From assembly GCA_951406725.2 (NCBI GenBank), contig OX597815.1, forward strand, positions 77,996,001 to 78,060,000: a DNA stretch of 64,000 nt, in the 5' to 3' direction. Position 1 is the stretch's first letter. Each line of letters starts with the position of its first letter. The translations under genes and the position numbers were made by a program. The notes under the pieces are model-generated. The model had not been told where the DNA came from. It was given only the letters and a program-made list of their open reading frames with translations, and did no database searches. This document shows, piece after piece, positions 12,124 to 24,497 of this stretch. Source of the stretch: Octopus vulgaris. Lineage: Eukaryota.

Positions 12124-12734
12124 CACAATATAAACATGCTTCATTCCAAGTTAAACCACATATAGTTGTTAAATAAAATGTAAATGAACAAAATTATGAT
12201 TTAATTCATTTTAAAAAATTCCACATACACACACATAGTCTGAATCTTTCATTTGTTTCTGTATATAATTTTAAAATAACTTATGAAATTCAAATTCAAA
12301 AAGTATAAAATGTCCGTGCATATGCACAGCCTATTATAGATTCTGGATTGAAGCACATCATGTAACTGGTCATACCAGGTGATCATGGGATATACTAAAA
12401 ACAACAGCTAAATCTTCCTTAAATCACACACTTTAAAAAAAATTTTTTGGCATAACCATATGAATTCCTGTGTGTAGAACACAAATTTGCAAAACTTTTC
12501 TGAAAATTCTAAAATATGAAAAAGTTATGACAGTATATAAGGGGTATTTAAACCAGAATTTTGCCTGGAAATGTTTTTAAGTTTGTGTGTGAGAGTAAAC
12601 AGATGTTGATAGAATAAGTAATTTTTTTCTTAATTTTATAATGCATTATTGAAAAATCAGAGATGAAATATTCTAAATTTGAACAATTTCATGAGACACA
12701 GGCTAGCAATCACTGGAATAACTAATTGTAATAA

Positions 12735-12995
12735 TAAATTAATAATGAGCTTACTGTATACATTGGTCAGGTGCATTACAACTCATCAAAAAAGTGTGAA
12801 AGAGAAGACAGAAAGCAGCAACAAATCAAGTAAAGAAAGACAGTAGTGAAAGCTAAAAGTACATCTGTGGTTCTCAGGATAAAAATCAAAAAAACAAAGG
12901 GTGTATAGGCATTTTAGCTGTAGTGTTGGTGAATTTTGGGAAGCATAAGATTTTTTGAACGATGCAGTATCCTACCTCATAGCTAACAATTATCT
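12735..12995 (-). mobile_element. Short CR1-like LINE 3' end
   Basis: Minus strand gatactgcatcgttcaaaaaatcttatgcttcccaaaatt and gatgagttgtaatgcacctgaccaatgtataca resemble the 3' end of the CR1 at 58320-58428. Similar pieces at about 1575-1695(-) and 55380-55445(+). Confidence 0.6.
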
Positions 12996-15213
12996 TGGAA
13001 TGTTAGCTGTCAGGAATTGCAAGAAATTATAATCATATCCCTTTCTACTATAGGCCTGAACTATTGGGGTGAGGGAAGCAACTGGTATCAGCCCTGAATG
13101 GATGAAAGGCAAAATTGACCTCGCCGGAATTTGAACTCAGAATGTAAAGACCAACAAAATACTACTAAACATTTTGCCTGGCATGCTAACATTTCTGCTA
13201 GCTTGCCACCTTAACCATAACAATCATATTGATTTCAAATTTTGGCATAAGGCCAGCAATTTTGTGGGGAGAAGGTAAGTTGATTACCTTGACCCCAGTG
13301 TGCAACTGGTACTTACTTTACCAACTTCAATAGGAGGAAAGGCAAAGTGGACTTTGCAGAAGTTGAACTCAGAATGTGAAGACAGACAAAATGCCAGTGT
13401 GCTAACAATTCTCCCAGCTCACTGCCTTAACCATAACAGTCATATTGCCAGTCATTTGGCTCTTAATTGGGTAAAAGAAATTCTGTAAAAATTAATAAAA
13501 TTCTGTTGAGTCCTCCATTAGCATTCCATATTGATAAACCAATGAGAACCACTATATCAGCAGCAAAATATTCCACAAATCATCTGTCTTGCTGGTGATC
13601 AATTGATAGAATCATTGGAGCCTTCTGGTATTTGTTCCAATTCTCTGTGCTATAGAGTCCAAATCTGAGGTCAGCTTTGCCTCTCATTTTTCTGGGGTCA
13701 ACAAAAACAAACCAATCCAGAGTGATGGATTAGTAGAAATGTAAGAGTGTTGGACCAGATACCTTGCAGTATTTATTCCAGCTCTTTTTGTTTTGATTTC
13801 AAATCTTTGTATGGTTTACTTAATCCATTGCCTGGTTAGTACAAACACTTGGCACCTTGAACACCTTTAATAGAAACAATGCTGTTGCATGCATATAGGC
13901 CCAGTTTCAAAGATCCTATAAAGGGTCATAGGCACTGCATTTTTTCCTGATTAAAACAATTGATATATTGAGGTGGGGAGGGTTACCACATTTGATAATA
14001 TAATCTTTGATTCTCCTCAAAACACTGGATGATCATGGCTGGAATGTCTTGAAAACCTAGTCTTGTTTGATTAGTACTGACAATAGCAACAATTATCATC
14101 TCCTTATACAAACTAACAATTCACTAGAAACAACTACCAAATCTTCCTGAAACTAAACCTTGCCATCTTAAACAAAGATACTCCTAAAAAGAAACATACG
14201 TGTGTGTATACATATGTGTATATATATATATACAGGATATTGGAAATATTTTTGGTATAATTTATTCACCATTACACATGTTTTATTTGGTATCCATAAC
14301 AGTAGGATATCGGGAGATATCTTACTCGTTTTTCCTACATGTACAAATTTTGTGACTCCTATTTGCAAATGATAAATGTAATGGTGAATAAATAGTGCCA
14401 AAAATCTTTTCCCAGTTTTCTGTTTTGATATATAATTACTCTGCAAAAGCCATTTTCCAGTATTTTTCAACCCTTATGCATGCCTCACACAATTTTAGCA
14501 TCTACTTATGATTTTGGAGTATTGAAATATGCAGATGTGCTTCCTGACACAGCTTGGATTATAACCATGTCTACATACTACGTGTATCTATACATACACA
14601 CACACACACACACACACATATAGTTATAATAATCGAACCAAATAGTGATATTTTGAAATTGGTTTGGCTCCATTTATGTGAATACCCTAACAATAATTTC
14701 AAGTAGTTTGATATATTTGACTTGTCAAAAATTCTGGTACTATACACCTTTTCTTAGCATATCACCAAATATACATATATGCATATATGTTGCAGTCTTC
14801 TGACTTGCCAGTTCCTGTCAAACCATCCTTCCCATGTCAGCTGGGGAAACAGATGTTAAATGAGGATGATATATATATAATTTTATATACACTGTATTTA
14901 AATACAAGCTACTTTTAGCTTCATGTTGTGGAATCACAATAATCAGCAGATTTAAACGTCATGCTTTATACCTCCAAGCAATCCATCTGGCTCATGTACA
15001 CAACATGGCTTGTTTTACTAGAGAAAGTGAGAAAGAACAAATAAAATCAGCTATATTGTATACTTAAGCAAAACATATAATCTACCCATTTATTGTGTTT
15101 CCATAGTATAAAACTAATCAAAGCTCATATATAAATATTGTTTATATTAAATGATGTCTATCTCTTACTGGATGGAGTACATTTTTTGTTGAGCAGAACA
15201 ATAAACTATATAT

Positions 15214-15425
15214 ATAATTGATAAAGGAAGCAGAAGATGGATTTAGTACAGATCTTTATTCAGCATGACAATCGTTTCAACCCATCCTGCATCTGTCCCA
15301 CAGGGGTAGGATATTGTGCATCTTGTCATGTTGATCCACAATATTCTACCCCTATGGGTCGAAATTATCGTTGTGCTGAATAAAGTTCCATACTAAATCC
15401 ATTTTCCACTTCCTTCATCAATTAT
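15214..15425. repeat. About 212-bp imperfect palindrome with hammerhead 3' halves
   Basis: ataattgataaaggaag...tttattcagcatgacaatcgtttcaaccc pairs with gggtcgaaattatcgttgtgctgaataaag...cttccttcatcaattat. An inner inverted repeat ggggtaggatattgtg/cacaatattctacccc is also present. Confidence 0.85.
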
Positions 15426-15525
15426 AAACTCAACAAGCACTGCAGATTTCCTGACATAGATCCAGTGAAAATTATATTGTTATTGTGGATAACCTCAGGT
15501 AGCCCAAATGGTGAATGTACTTTAA

Positions 15526-15741
15526 CTCTTTTGTTACTGTATTTATTTTGAGATGCTCTGCGTTTCTTTCAATTACTTTAAATATAACGAAGAATTTAGT
15601 AAATTAACTTACTTATCATTCAGCTAGTGTTAGGAACATAAAATTGTGACTAAGGTTTGGTGGAAGATTTTAATTCAAAACTTAGGAAAACAAGACATTT
15701 GTACTCAGAGCCAGAGCTGGTTTCAGCCGGTAACAAAAGGG
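15526..15741. mobile_element. piggyBac-type MITE, 216 bp
   Basis: TTAA|CTCTTTTGTTAC...GTAACAAAAGGG|TTAA. Confidence 0.85.
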
Positions 15742-15930
15742 TTAATTGACATACTGATAGACATATATCCAAAGTTCAAGTAATTATATATATATATATA
15801 AATATATTAATATTAGGTAATAAATAATTGTATGGTATAGACCTGATAGTTTGCGTTAAAGCACGTTCATTAGCTCTGTACATTGGGTATGTGATTAATG
15901 AGAGAGATGGAAGATATGAGAATCTTTATT

Positions 15931-16038
15931 GATCACTACAATTGTTTCAACCAATCCAGCATCAATCCCTCACAGGTGAAATACTATACAGCTGGTTTAG
16001 ACATATCCCTTGGTGTAGATGTGTTTCCTCAGGCGATC
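15931..16038 (-). ncRNA. Type I hammerhead ribozyme motif, best-preserved copy
   Basis: Minus strand: gatcgc CTGAGGA aac...gtt GAAA caattg TA gtgatc, then AATAAA. Stem I has 6 bp and stem III is the palindrome ACAATTGT. Predicted cut after GUA, between 15937 and 15936. Confidence 0.7.
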
Positions 16039-16299
16039 TCAAGAGGTATCTCATTAAAATGAACTCTGTTTTACAAGATTTCTTCTTGGTCTTCAGATAT
16101 ATAAATGGTAAATTAAGGGATACATCTTTGTTCTTATAGAAGATCCATAGATCTGTAACAAAGATCAGATACATAAAGAAACACTTTATGTATCTGATTT
16201 TTGTTATGGAACGAAGCTGTATCCCTTAATTCATCATTTCTATATATGAAGACCAAGAAGAATTATGAAACAGATTATTTTAATGAGATACCTCTTGAA

Positions 16300-16404
16300 A
16301 TCACCTGAGGAAAGATCTACACCAAAGGATGCACTTAAACTAGTTGTATAGTATCCCACCTGTGAGGGATCGATGCTAGTTGGATTGAAACATTTGTAGT
16401 GATC
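16300..16404 (+). ncRNA. Type I hammerhead ribozyme motif
   Basis: atcac CTGAGGA (16305-16311)...GAAA (16387-16390) catttg TA gtgat, then AATAAA at 16405. Confidence 0.62.
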
Positions 16405-16469
16405 AATAAAGATTCTTGTATCTTCTGTCTCTCTCATTAATCACAAATATATATGTATGTGTATGTTTG

Positions 16470-16545
<76 letters not shown>

Positions 16546-16704
16546 CATGTATGTATATATATGTATGTGTGTGTATCATCATTGTTGTTAACATCCGCTT
16601 TCCATGCTGGCATGGGTTGGACAGCTTGACTGAGGACTGGTGAGCCAGAAGGCTGCACCAGGCTCAGCCTGATCTGGCAAAGTTTCTACAGCAGGATGCC
16701 CAGC

Positions 16705-16940
16705 ATTAATCATGTTCTATGGACACAAATGTGTCTCTTGAGGCCTGCTGGTGCCTTGCAAACCATTTGGCAAATGGAACAAGTTGAGGACTCAGTTTGC
16801 TTGAGTGCTTTTGGATCATTTACTATGTGTTTTCTTGAGTGGATGGCAAGGCTTTCTTTGCTTCATGCCACAAAACCATGATGGGAAAGGTTTCCATTTA
16901 GAGGAGCAGTATTTTGCTTACATGAAGTTGGTTCTGATGT
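16705..16940 (-). mobile_element. RTE LINE C-terminal fragment with C2H2 finger
   Basis: Minus strand translates as ...STCSICQMVCKAPAGLKRHICVHRT*, typical of the end of RTE ORF2. Confidence 0.5.
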
Positions 16941-17029
16941 TGTTGTCAACTTTGCTCAAATCTTTGAACTGAAGAAAAGCAGGACCAGCACCAGGTTCTG
17001 GATTCTAATGTATGTGTGTGTGTGTGTAA

Positions 17030-17823
17030 CAGCTGCTGGACTGGATAGCATTCTACCTGAAGTTTGGAAAACAGGAAAATTCAATGATATTGTGTTAGGC
17101 TTTGACAATAAGGTCTACAATGGAGGCAATATGGACAAATAGACAGAATACTGCATACTCCCATTTCCCAAGAAAGGCAATTTCTCACAAAGAACTACAA
17201 AGGTATCATTCTTACAACAATCACTGCAAAAATTTATAATTCATTCCTACTCAACAGGATACAATCAGAAATTAAGTTTTGGCAAGAAATTAAAATAGCT
17301 TCAGAAAGAATAGATTAACTATTGGAAGAAGTAAAAGCCAGAAATCTTGAAGCAGTATTACTGTTCGTTGATTTCTCAAAGGCTTTTGACTCCATCCATC
17401 ATGGTAAAATGGAAAAAATACTACCGGTCTATGGTATTCTTGAATAAACAACAACAGCAATTATGATGTTCTATAGCAATATCAAAGCCTGAATACTCCA
17501 GGAGTACATACTGGCACCTTTTCTCTTTGTGATCACTGTGGGCTTTGTCCTCAGAACATCACTTGACAATCTAAACTTTCTCAGTTTCACACTCGCAAAA
17601 AAGAAGATTGATCAAACATCTGGGCCAAAAGATAACCAATTTAGACTATGCTGATAATTTAGCCTTGCTCTCTGACACAATATCCAACTCCACTCACTTA
17701 CATCACAGTCTAGAATTAGCTTCACATGATGTTGGACTACTCGTTAATCCTAGTAAAACCAAGTTCATTGTTCACAATCAGCAAAGATGCATCCCCAACC
17801 TCAGTGGAAAAAATAAGTGCTAG
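17030..17823 (+). mobile_element. RTE-clade LINE reverse transcriptase fragment, decayed
   Basis: AAGLDSILPEVWK, ILPFPKKG, NYKGIIL, FVDFSKAFDSIH, LAPFLF, LDYADNLALL and GLLVNPSKTK, with stops and deletions. Confidence 0.9.
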
Positions 17824-19557
17824 GGTTGGTATGTTTAACTAAAATTCTTAGGCAGTGCTCCAGCATGGTTGCAGTCTAAAAGACTGAAATAAATAAAAGA
17901 TGCACACACACATACATGTGCACACTCGTTTGTTTGTTTGTATGTATGTGTTTGTGCCTCCTTGTCTTGTTATTGAGCAATAATTGTAAACAATCCTCAC
18001 CTTCACATAAGCAGTGTTGTTCATTTCTAATCTTCTGTGTAAGCAGGCCTGGCCATGGGGAAATATTACCTTATTTGGAAATAGAAGTTGGCAACAGGAA
18101 GAGTGTCCAGCCATAGAAAATTATCATTCAATGAATTCTGTCTGACCCATGCAAGTGTGGAAAAGTGGACATTAAAATGAAGATGACATTGATGAGGATG
18201 ATGGTGATGATATATATCACAGATTTAGATAAATAAATGCTGACACTAATGTGTGTTTGTTTAGGGATTTATTTGAATTAGTTTTGAGATATCAGCAGAG
18301 AATCTAATTTACTTTTCATAGATTAAAACACATTTTAGCCAAGGTCTGTTGAACACTTCAACAATTTTCCCTATTCATAAGAATTAATTTTTTTTATTGC
18401 TATTGAAATACTTCTTATCAATTCCATTGGTAAAACTTTAAATGTTCATTTGAGCAAAACCTATCTTATGATAGGTTCCTATACATCCAATCTGTTAATG
18501 TTAGCTCACCATGTATGTAATTGTCTCTCTATCTTTTCTGTAACTGTAACCTATCCTACCTACTCAGTATCTGTCTGTCCATCCATCTTAGCTGTTTTAC
18601 TTCCAGTCATCCCTTGTATATATTAAGCCATTTTGCTATGAACACCCTTAATTTCTTCAACTCACCAGTCATAGAATTCTCTGAAGATTTCATTTTACAG
18701 CAGGTTTAACATTCAAAATACACTATTTCTACTTCTGAAAACTGTATGAAAATCAATATTCTTGTTTATGTGTATGAGTCATGTGTGTGTGTTTAAATCA
18801 TGAACCATGTTTAAATTTTTCTCACAAAATACAGTGAAGTAATTTCTCAATTCAAATATATCTTAATAATCACTGTGAATTATTGAGCAACCTTTAGAAT
18901 TAATGATGTAGTATTAATTTATAATTAATTAATGATATATTTAAATTGTTGCAAAGTCAATGTAACTAGTAAAACTGTTTGGCACAACTTGTCATGCTTA
19001 ATGCATTGTATTTGGTTCATCAATTCAGTATTGTTTAACCTATTTCTAGCTAGTTCTAACTAGTATAACAATTTTAGGAAAAAATGAAAAAAAAAAACAT
19101 TACTTTGCAATTTTTCGTGGTGATTGGTAGAACTGTTTCATATTTTGTGTGTATATTTAATAATTTAGTACTACTTCTAACTAGTGGTACTACTGAATAA
19201 CAAAAAAAAACCTAAATTCAACTTCATCTGTGATATTTCAAAATTGTTTCTCAACAAAATGGTAAATGGTATATTTTTATTTGGATATTACAAACATTGT
19301 TTTGCGATGTTTCCCTTTTTTCCCCCTTTCCTCAAGATATATAAAAATCTAATTTTCTAATCATAACCACAAACAATGAAAATATCAGATAAAGCCATAA
19401 TTATTTACTTTGTTTACCATTCCCTAACTTCCAGGCTTTTTGAAACTCTTTCTCATTCTGTGTGTTTTCCATTAGTTCTGCTTATTTAGCTTTAATTTAT
19501 GTTTCAACCCTTTTTTAAAAAAAAATTTTCTTTTAGTTTCCTTAAAGGTTTTTGTGC

Positions 19558-19925
19558 ATCCATTCATTCATTCATTTTCACCACCCACTTATTCCTGTGT
19601 GGGTCAGGGGGGGCAGAGTCCTCAGAAATGCTCTCCTGGGTGTCCTGATGAAAGCAACCATCAGCATATAATCAAGCCAGATCTTTGAGTAAATCAAACT
19701 GAAGCCATAGATGTTATGGACATTATGCAACCATCTCACTTGTGGTCTAGTTCTCCTACACTTCTTACTGGTTGGCCTTGGTTGCAAAATCTTCCCTTTG
19801 ATTCTTTTCTCAAACATTCTAACAACACGTTTGTAGTACCAGAATTGTGACCTCTCAATATAGAGAAATAGTGGCTCGGCCTGCAATGGCCCACTGATTT
19901 TCAAGCTTCACACCTTATCATTTGA
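19558..19925 (-). mobile_element. RTE LINE 3' end with (TGAA)n tail
   Basis: EPLFLYIERSQFWYYKRVVRM...RRTRPQVRW resembles the RTE pattern IERSQLRW.GH..RM...GRP..RW. Tail at 19558-19576. Confidence 0.65.
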
Positions 19926-22900
19926 GTAATATTATTGGAGTGACCCGTAAGATGGCAAACTGGCTGAATCGTTAGCACACCGGGTAAAATGCTTAGCTGC
20001 ATTCCAACCATCTTTACATTCTGGGTTCAAATTCTACTGAGATCAACTTTTATCATCCTTTCAGGGTCAATAAAACAAGTACCAGTTGGGCACTGAGGTT
20101 GATCTAATCAACCTATCTCTCCTCTGAAATTGCTGGCCCTGTGCCAAAGATTGAAAGCATTATTAGAGCGACCCTTTAGAAAATGCCATTTTCATCACTT
20201 CAAGTGGTCACCCATAATTCTTGACCATAGATAAGGGTAAATTATAAAGTCTACTTAAATAAAATAAATTACTAAGTATATTTTTGAATTTTATTTTATT
20301 TAAATAGTCACAATGCAAATTTTTATGAAAATGAATATTTATAAGTACCAGAAAGATATTTTAAATTTATACTTGAACTCTTAGACCTATTGATGTTCAT
20401 ACACTAAAAACGATGGGACCAATATTTTTTTAAGTTAATCTGATGAAGAGTAGCAATACCTGTGAACTTTATAAGCTCTCTTAGATCGGCGAGACTGCTC
20501 TGGTCAATACCCAGCCTGAGTAATTACCGATAAATATCTGTAGAAAAAATATGGATGGTGGAGAAAGAATTGGAGTCTGGTTTGAATGCTTGAAACAGAG
20601 TAAGCTCACAATAGACACACAAAGACTATGAAATAAATAATTAGGGTTTTATTATTTAAAAATTTGTAATAAATTTATCTGGATTTCAACAGACAAAAAA
20701 TATATATAAAGGTATATATATATATATATATATATGAAATATTCTTGAAGAATTTAACTTGACCTTGTCTTTTTTTGAGCAAAACAATGACAGGTTGATT
20801 AGTCAACCCAATTATCTAATAACAATTAGTCATAGAATAATGTAAGAATTAGACTTACATTTTACTTTATTAGAGTGATTATTTACTGCAGATATATTCA
20901 ACTGTATCTGTTGTAATGACAATTTATCTGTTGTTTCATAAAAGAATTCAATTTGTTCTATGCACTAATTACTAAGTTGCTTATGAATATATTGTCTAAA
21001 GTATATTTCCCCTAAATATTTTGTTTATTTACATGCTCATATTCATGTAAAAATGCACATATCTGGGTACTTATACATACATCATCATCATCTTTTAATG
21101 TCCATTTTCTATGTTTGCATGTGTTGGGCAGTTTGACAGAGTTTAACAGATCTGGAAACTGTATCATGCTCCAATCTCTGCTTTGGCATGGCTGGATTCC
21201 CTTCTTTATGCCAACTGCTTTACAGTGTGTACATTACCCACTGTAATGTGCTTTTCTCAAACCACCAGTACTAGTGAGGTTGCCATGCAACTCATGAGAC
21301 TAAGACCCCCTTCAATGGAATGAGATTGCTGTAGAAATAAAGGCAGCTTTATGCAAGCTGAAAGGTTAGTGTTAAAGAAGCCAGAACAGAACAGGGTTTT
21401 TACTATAGCAAATGTCAGGAAATATCAGCAAGAAGGAATGTACTGATTTGTTTTTGGTGGAGGTCAATATGCTAGGATGTGAAACACATACTCTATAGTT
21501 TAAGGACCATTCTCTGCATCATATGTAGAAACAGTATCAAGTGATGAAACTACAATAAACTGCTGCTGACTCAGATATAATTTCAAATAGTACCTTCTTA
21601 GTCAATCTGCCTGGCATTGTTCTCATCTGCCAGTTTAGACATTAATGAGATCAACCATTGTTGTTGCCTAAAACTACTTTTTCAGCAAATGGGGTCTTGA
21701 AGGAGGTTAGTCATGTTCAGTCTCAGTCCTCTTCTTTGACCATGCTATTCAGAATGGCCTTACCAAGAGCACCATACTCTTGATGGCATTGCTTTCAGAA
21801 TCAGTGAATGCACAAGGCCCAAATGAAAACTTAAGATGATTTCCAACTAAAAATTCAAATACCAATGTCAAACCAAACTTAGAAAATGCAGAACACTGGA
21901 GGCTGTAGAAAGTTATAAAGCTTCAAAACTGTACAGATAGCTGTGATCTCAGAAATTTCTTGACTGGAACAACGCAAATGTCTGGCCTGTATGCACATAA
22001 TGGGAAAACTCCTAGTTGCCAACAACATCAGCATTCTGATAAATCCACACTGAAAAGAGGAATGTTTTTTTTTTTCATTGCTGAATTGAGTTTCAACTGC
22101 AAAAACTTTCTTGAGAGATGTCCCATGTAATCCTGAAAAGTTATTGATGAATGCATAACCATCCTTTTGAGTATTTGAAAATGATAGAAACAATATGAAA
22201 CCATGAAAATCTTCAAGTCCAGAGAACCCCTTTTGAATTACTAAAAGAATGAGACCACCAAGCCTTTCTCTGTGGGAATACACTCACATACACACCACAT
22301 ATGAAGAATCAACTTTAGTGTTGATTCCACATACGTAGTATGTGACTAGATATTTGTAGAGTGTATATTCAGTAGGTGGATGAAAGCTACTTCAGAAACC
22401 ATTGTGACAGTATCACTTTATCTCAATATTTACTGATTGCTTAAAAATACTGGATTTTGCTGTATCATGTACAATAGCTGTTTTTTCAACAAACTGAGTC
22501 AATAATTTTTTAGTTTTATATAAATGATCATTCAGCTAGTTCATGTAATTAGCCAGTCGTTTAATGACTTAAACATTCACTTGGTTTTGCTCAAAGAAAA
22601 CAGTGCCCACCAAGTTTTTAAATATCTACAGTATCTGTCAGTGTATAAAATGACTAAATTAATAAAACATTGGTAACTAAAAACACCAAAGGCAGTGAGC
22701 TTAGCAGCATTTCTTCCAATTCTTTATGTTCTGAGTTCAAATCTTGAGGTTAAGTTTGCTTTCTTGCCTTTGGAGTTGATAAAATGAAGTATCTGTCAAG
22801 TACTGGGTCAATATAATTGAACTGTCCCTTCCCTTCAAAATTACTGGTCAGGAACCCCATCATGGACTGGCATCCCATTCTGGGGGAATGCTGTAATCTC

Positions 22901-23210
22901 AGTCATTTACATGTCATGGAAACCAGGTAACCAGCCTTATAAGTCCTAGGGCTTCATAAAAAGGAAATTTTTAAAAATTACTAACGCCTGCTGTCAACCA
23001 TCATTCATGCTACTGTACATCATTTTTTCTAAATTTAAAGATCTTTATACACTGACATTTATGGCAGTTTATATCGCAAAATAGCTATTTTAATAATCAC
23101 ATAAGTTATTAAATACCCAAAACATTATAAACAGACATATCTTTAAGTGCTATTTGTGAACTTCACATAAAAATGCTTACATTATTTCTAACTTATTCAG
23201 TAGCTTGTTA

Positions 23211-24497
23211 TTTGGGGTTGGCAACTAAGTTCCCGCCATTTTTTTAAAATTTAAATTTTTTAAAAGGTTTAATAAAAAATAACAACTAATTAATCAATAA
23301 TGTATTCACCCTTGTTGTTTACAACTTTCTCTCAATGCTCAACAAGATTTTAAATACCTTTGTTGGTAGAAATCACCCAATTTCAACTCACAAAATTGAT
23401 CCAACCAAGCTCTCAATTCTGCATCAGTATTGAACGAAACTCCACACATAGCATTTGAAAGAGATTGAAAGAGGTGGAAATCCGTTGGTGCCAAATCAGG
23501 AGAGTACAGTAGGTGTGGCAGCACTTCCCAGCCATGCATTTGAATGGCTTCCTTGGTCATATTGGTGATATGAGGGCGGGCAGAAGAACTCCATGCTGCC
23601 GATTAGGTCTCTTCTCTTGAATTGCCGTGTTGAGTTGTTCATCTGTTGAACATAAGAGTTCCGTGTTGACTGTTTGGTTCCATTCAAACAATTCATAATG
23701 GATAATCCCTTCCAAGTCCCACCATATGCCCAACATTGTTTTATGTGGATGAAGATCTTGTTTCACGCACAGTGTCGCTTACTTACTGGGGCTAAGCCAT
23801 TCCTTACGCTGCTTCATATTGATGTACAGGCACCATTTTTTGTTGCCAGTAGCGATTCAGTAAAAAAATCGTTGCTTGTGTCCATGAGTTGAGCAGTGAT
23901 GAACAAGCAAACCAGCGAAGATTGTGGTTCGTTGATTTTTGTTGTTGTCACTTGAAGCATGTGAAACCCATGCCCCACACTTTTGAACCTTTCCCATCGA
24001 GTGAAGATGCTTCTCTATAGTAGTGTGGGAGCATTCCATTTTCTCTGCCAGTTCCCTTGTCATTTGGTGAAAATTTTCGTGCAAAAGTTGGTTTAATCAC
24101 TCTTCATTGAACTCAACTGGACAGCCAGAACAAGATGCACTTTTGAGGTCAAAATTTCCACTTTTGAATTCGGCTTACCAATCACGAGTGGGTTTTTTTC
24201 CAGCTATGGCACCCTCTCCATACACAGCACAAATGTCGTGAGCAGCTTTTGCGGCCTTAGAACCTTGATTAAAAGCAAAAAGAAGGTGTCTAAAATGCTA
24301 GGTTTTCTTAACTTGACATTCCATTTTAATGATCTGAAAATAAACAAAAATTAACTAAAATTAACTAGGAAAAAAAACAAAATAGATTCCAAAATGATTC
24401 AAAAATAGAATTCTCAAAAAAAAATAGATTCCAAAATTTAAAAACGCTATAAATTCCAAAATTTTAAAAAACGGCGGGGACTTAGTTGCCAACTCAA
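23211..24497 (-). mobile_element. Full-length mariner transposon (about 1.29 kb), transposase pseudogene 24324-23290
   Basis: TIRs ttg(g/a)gttggcaactaagt(t/c)cccgcc with TA flanks. Motifs HFRHLLFAF, GAWVSHA (WVPH), TGNKKW (TGDEKW), WWDLEG, YSPDLAPTDFHLF and GEYIID*; multiple stops and frameshifts. Confidence 0.95.

Larger units (their letters stand above)
15890..16445. mobile_element. 556-bp foldback element (Penelope-like inverted arrangement) with one hammerhead per arm
   Basis: Arms from tgtgattaatgagagaga to tctctctcattaatcaca are reverse complements along their whole length, with centre cataaagaaacactttatg at about 16180. Confidence 0.88.

Noticed and set aside
21420-22283. 134-aa minus ORF and surrounding coding-like sequence
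   Set aside because: No convincing splice sites or domain. A faint RTE-like phrase (RTMPGRLTKKVLF) suggests a very old LINE but is too weak to annotate.
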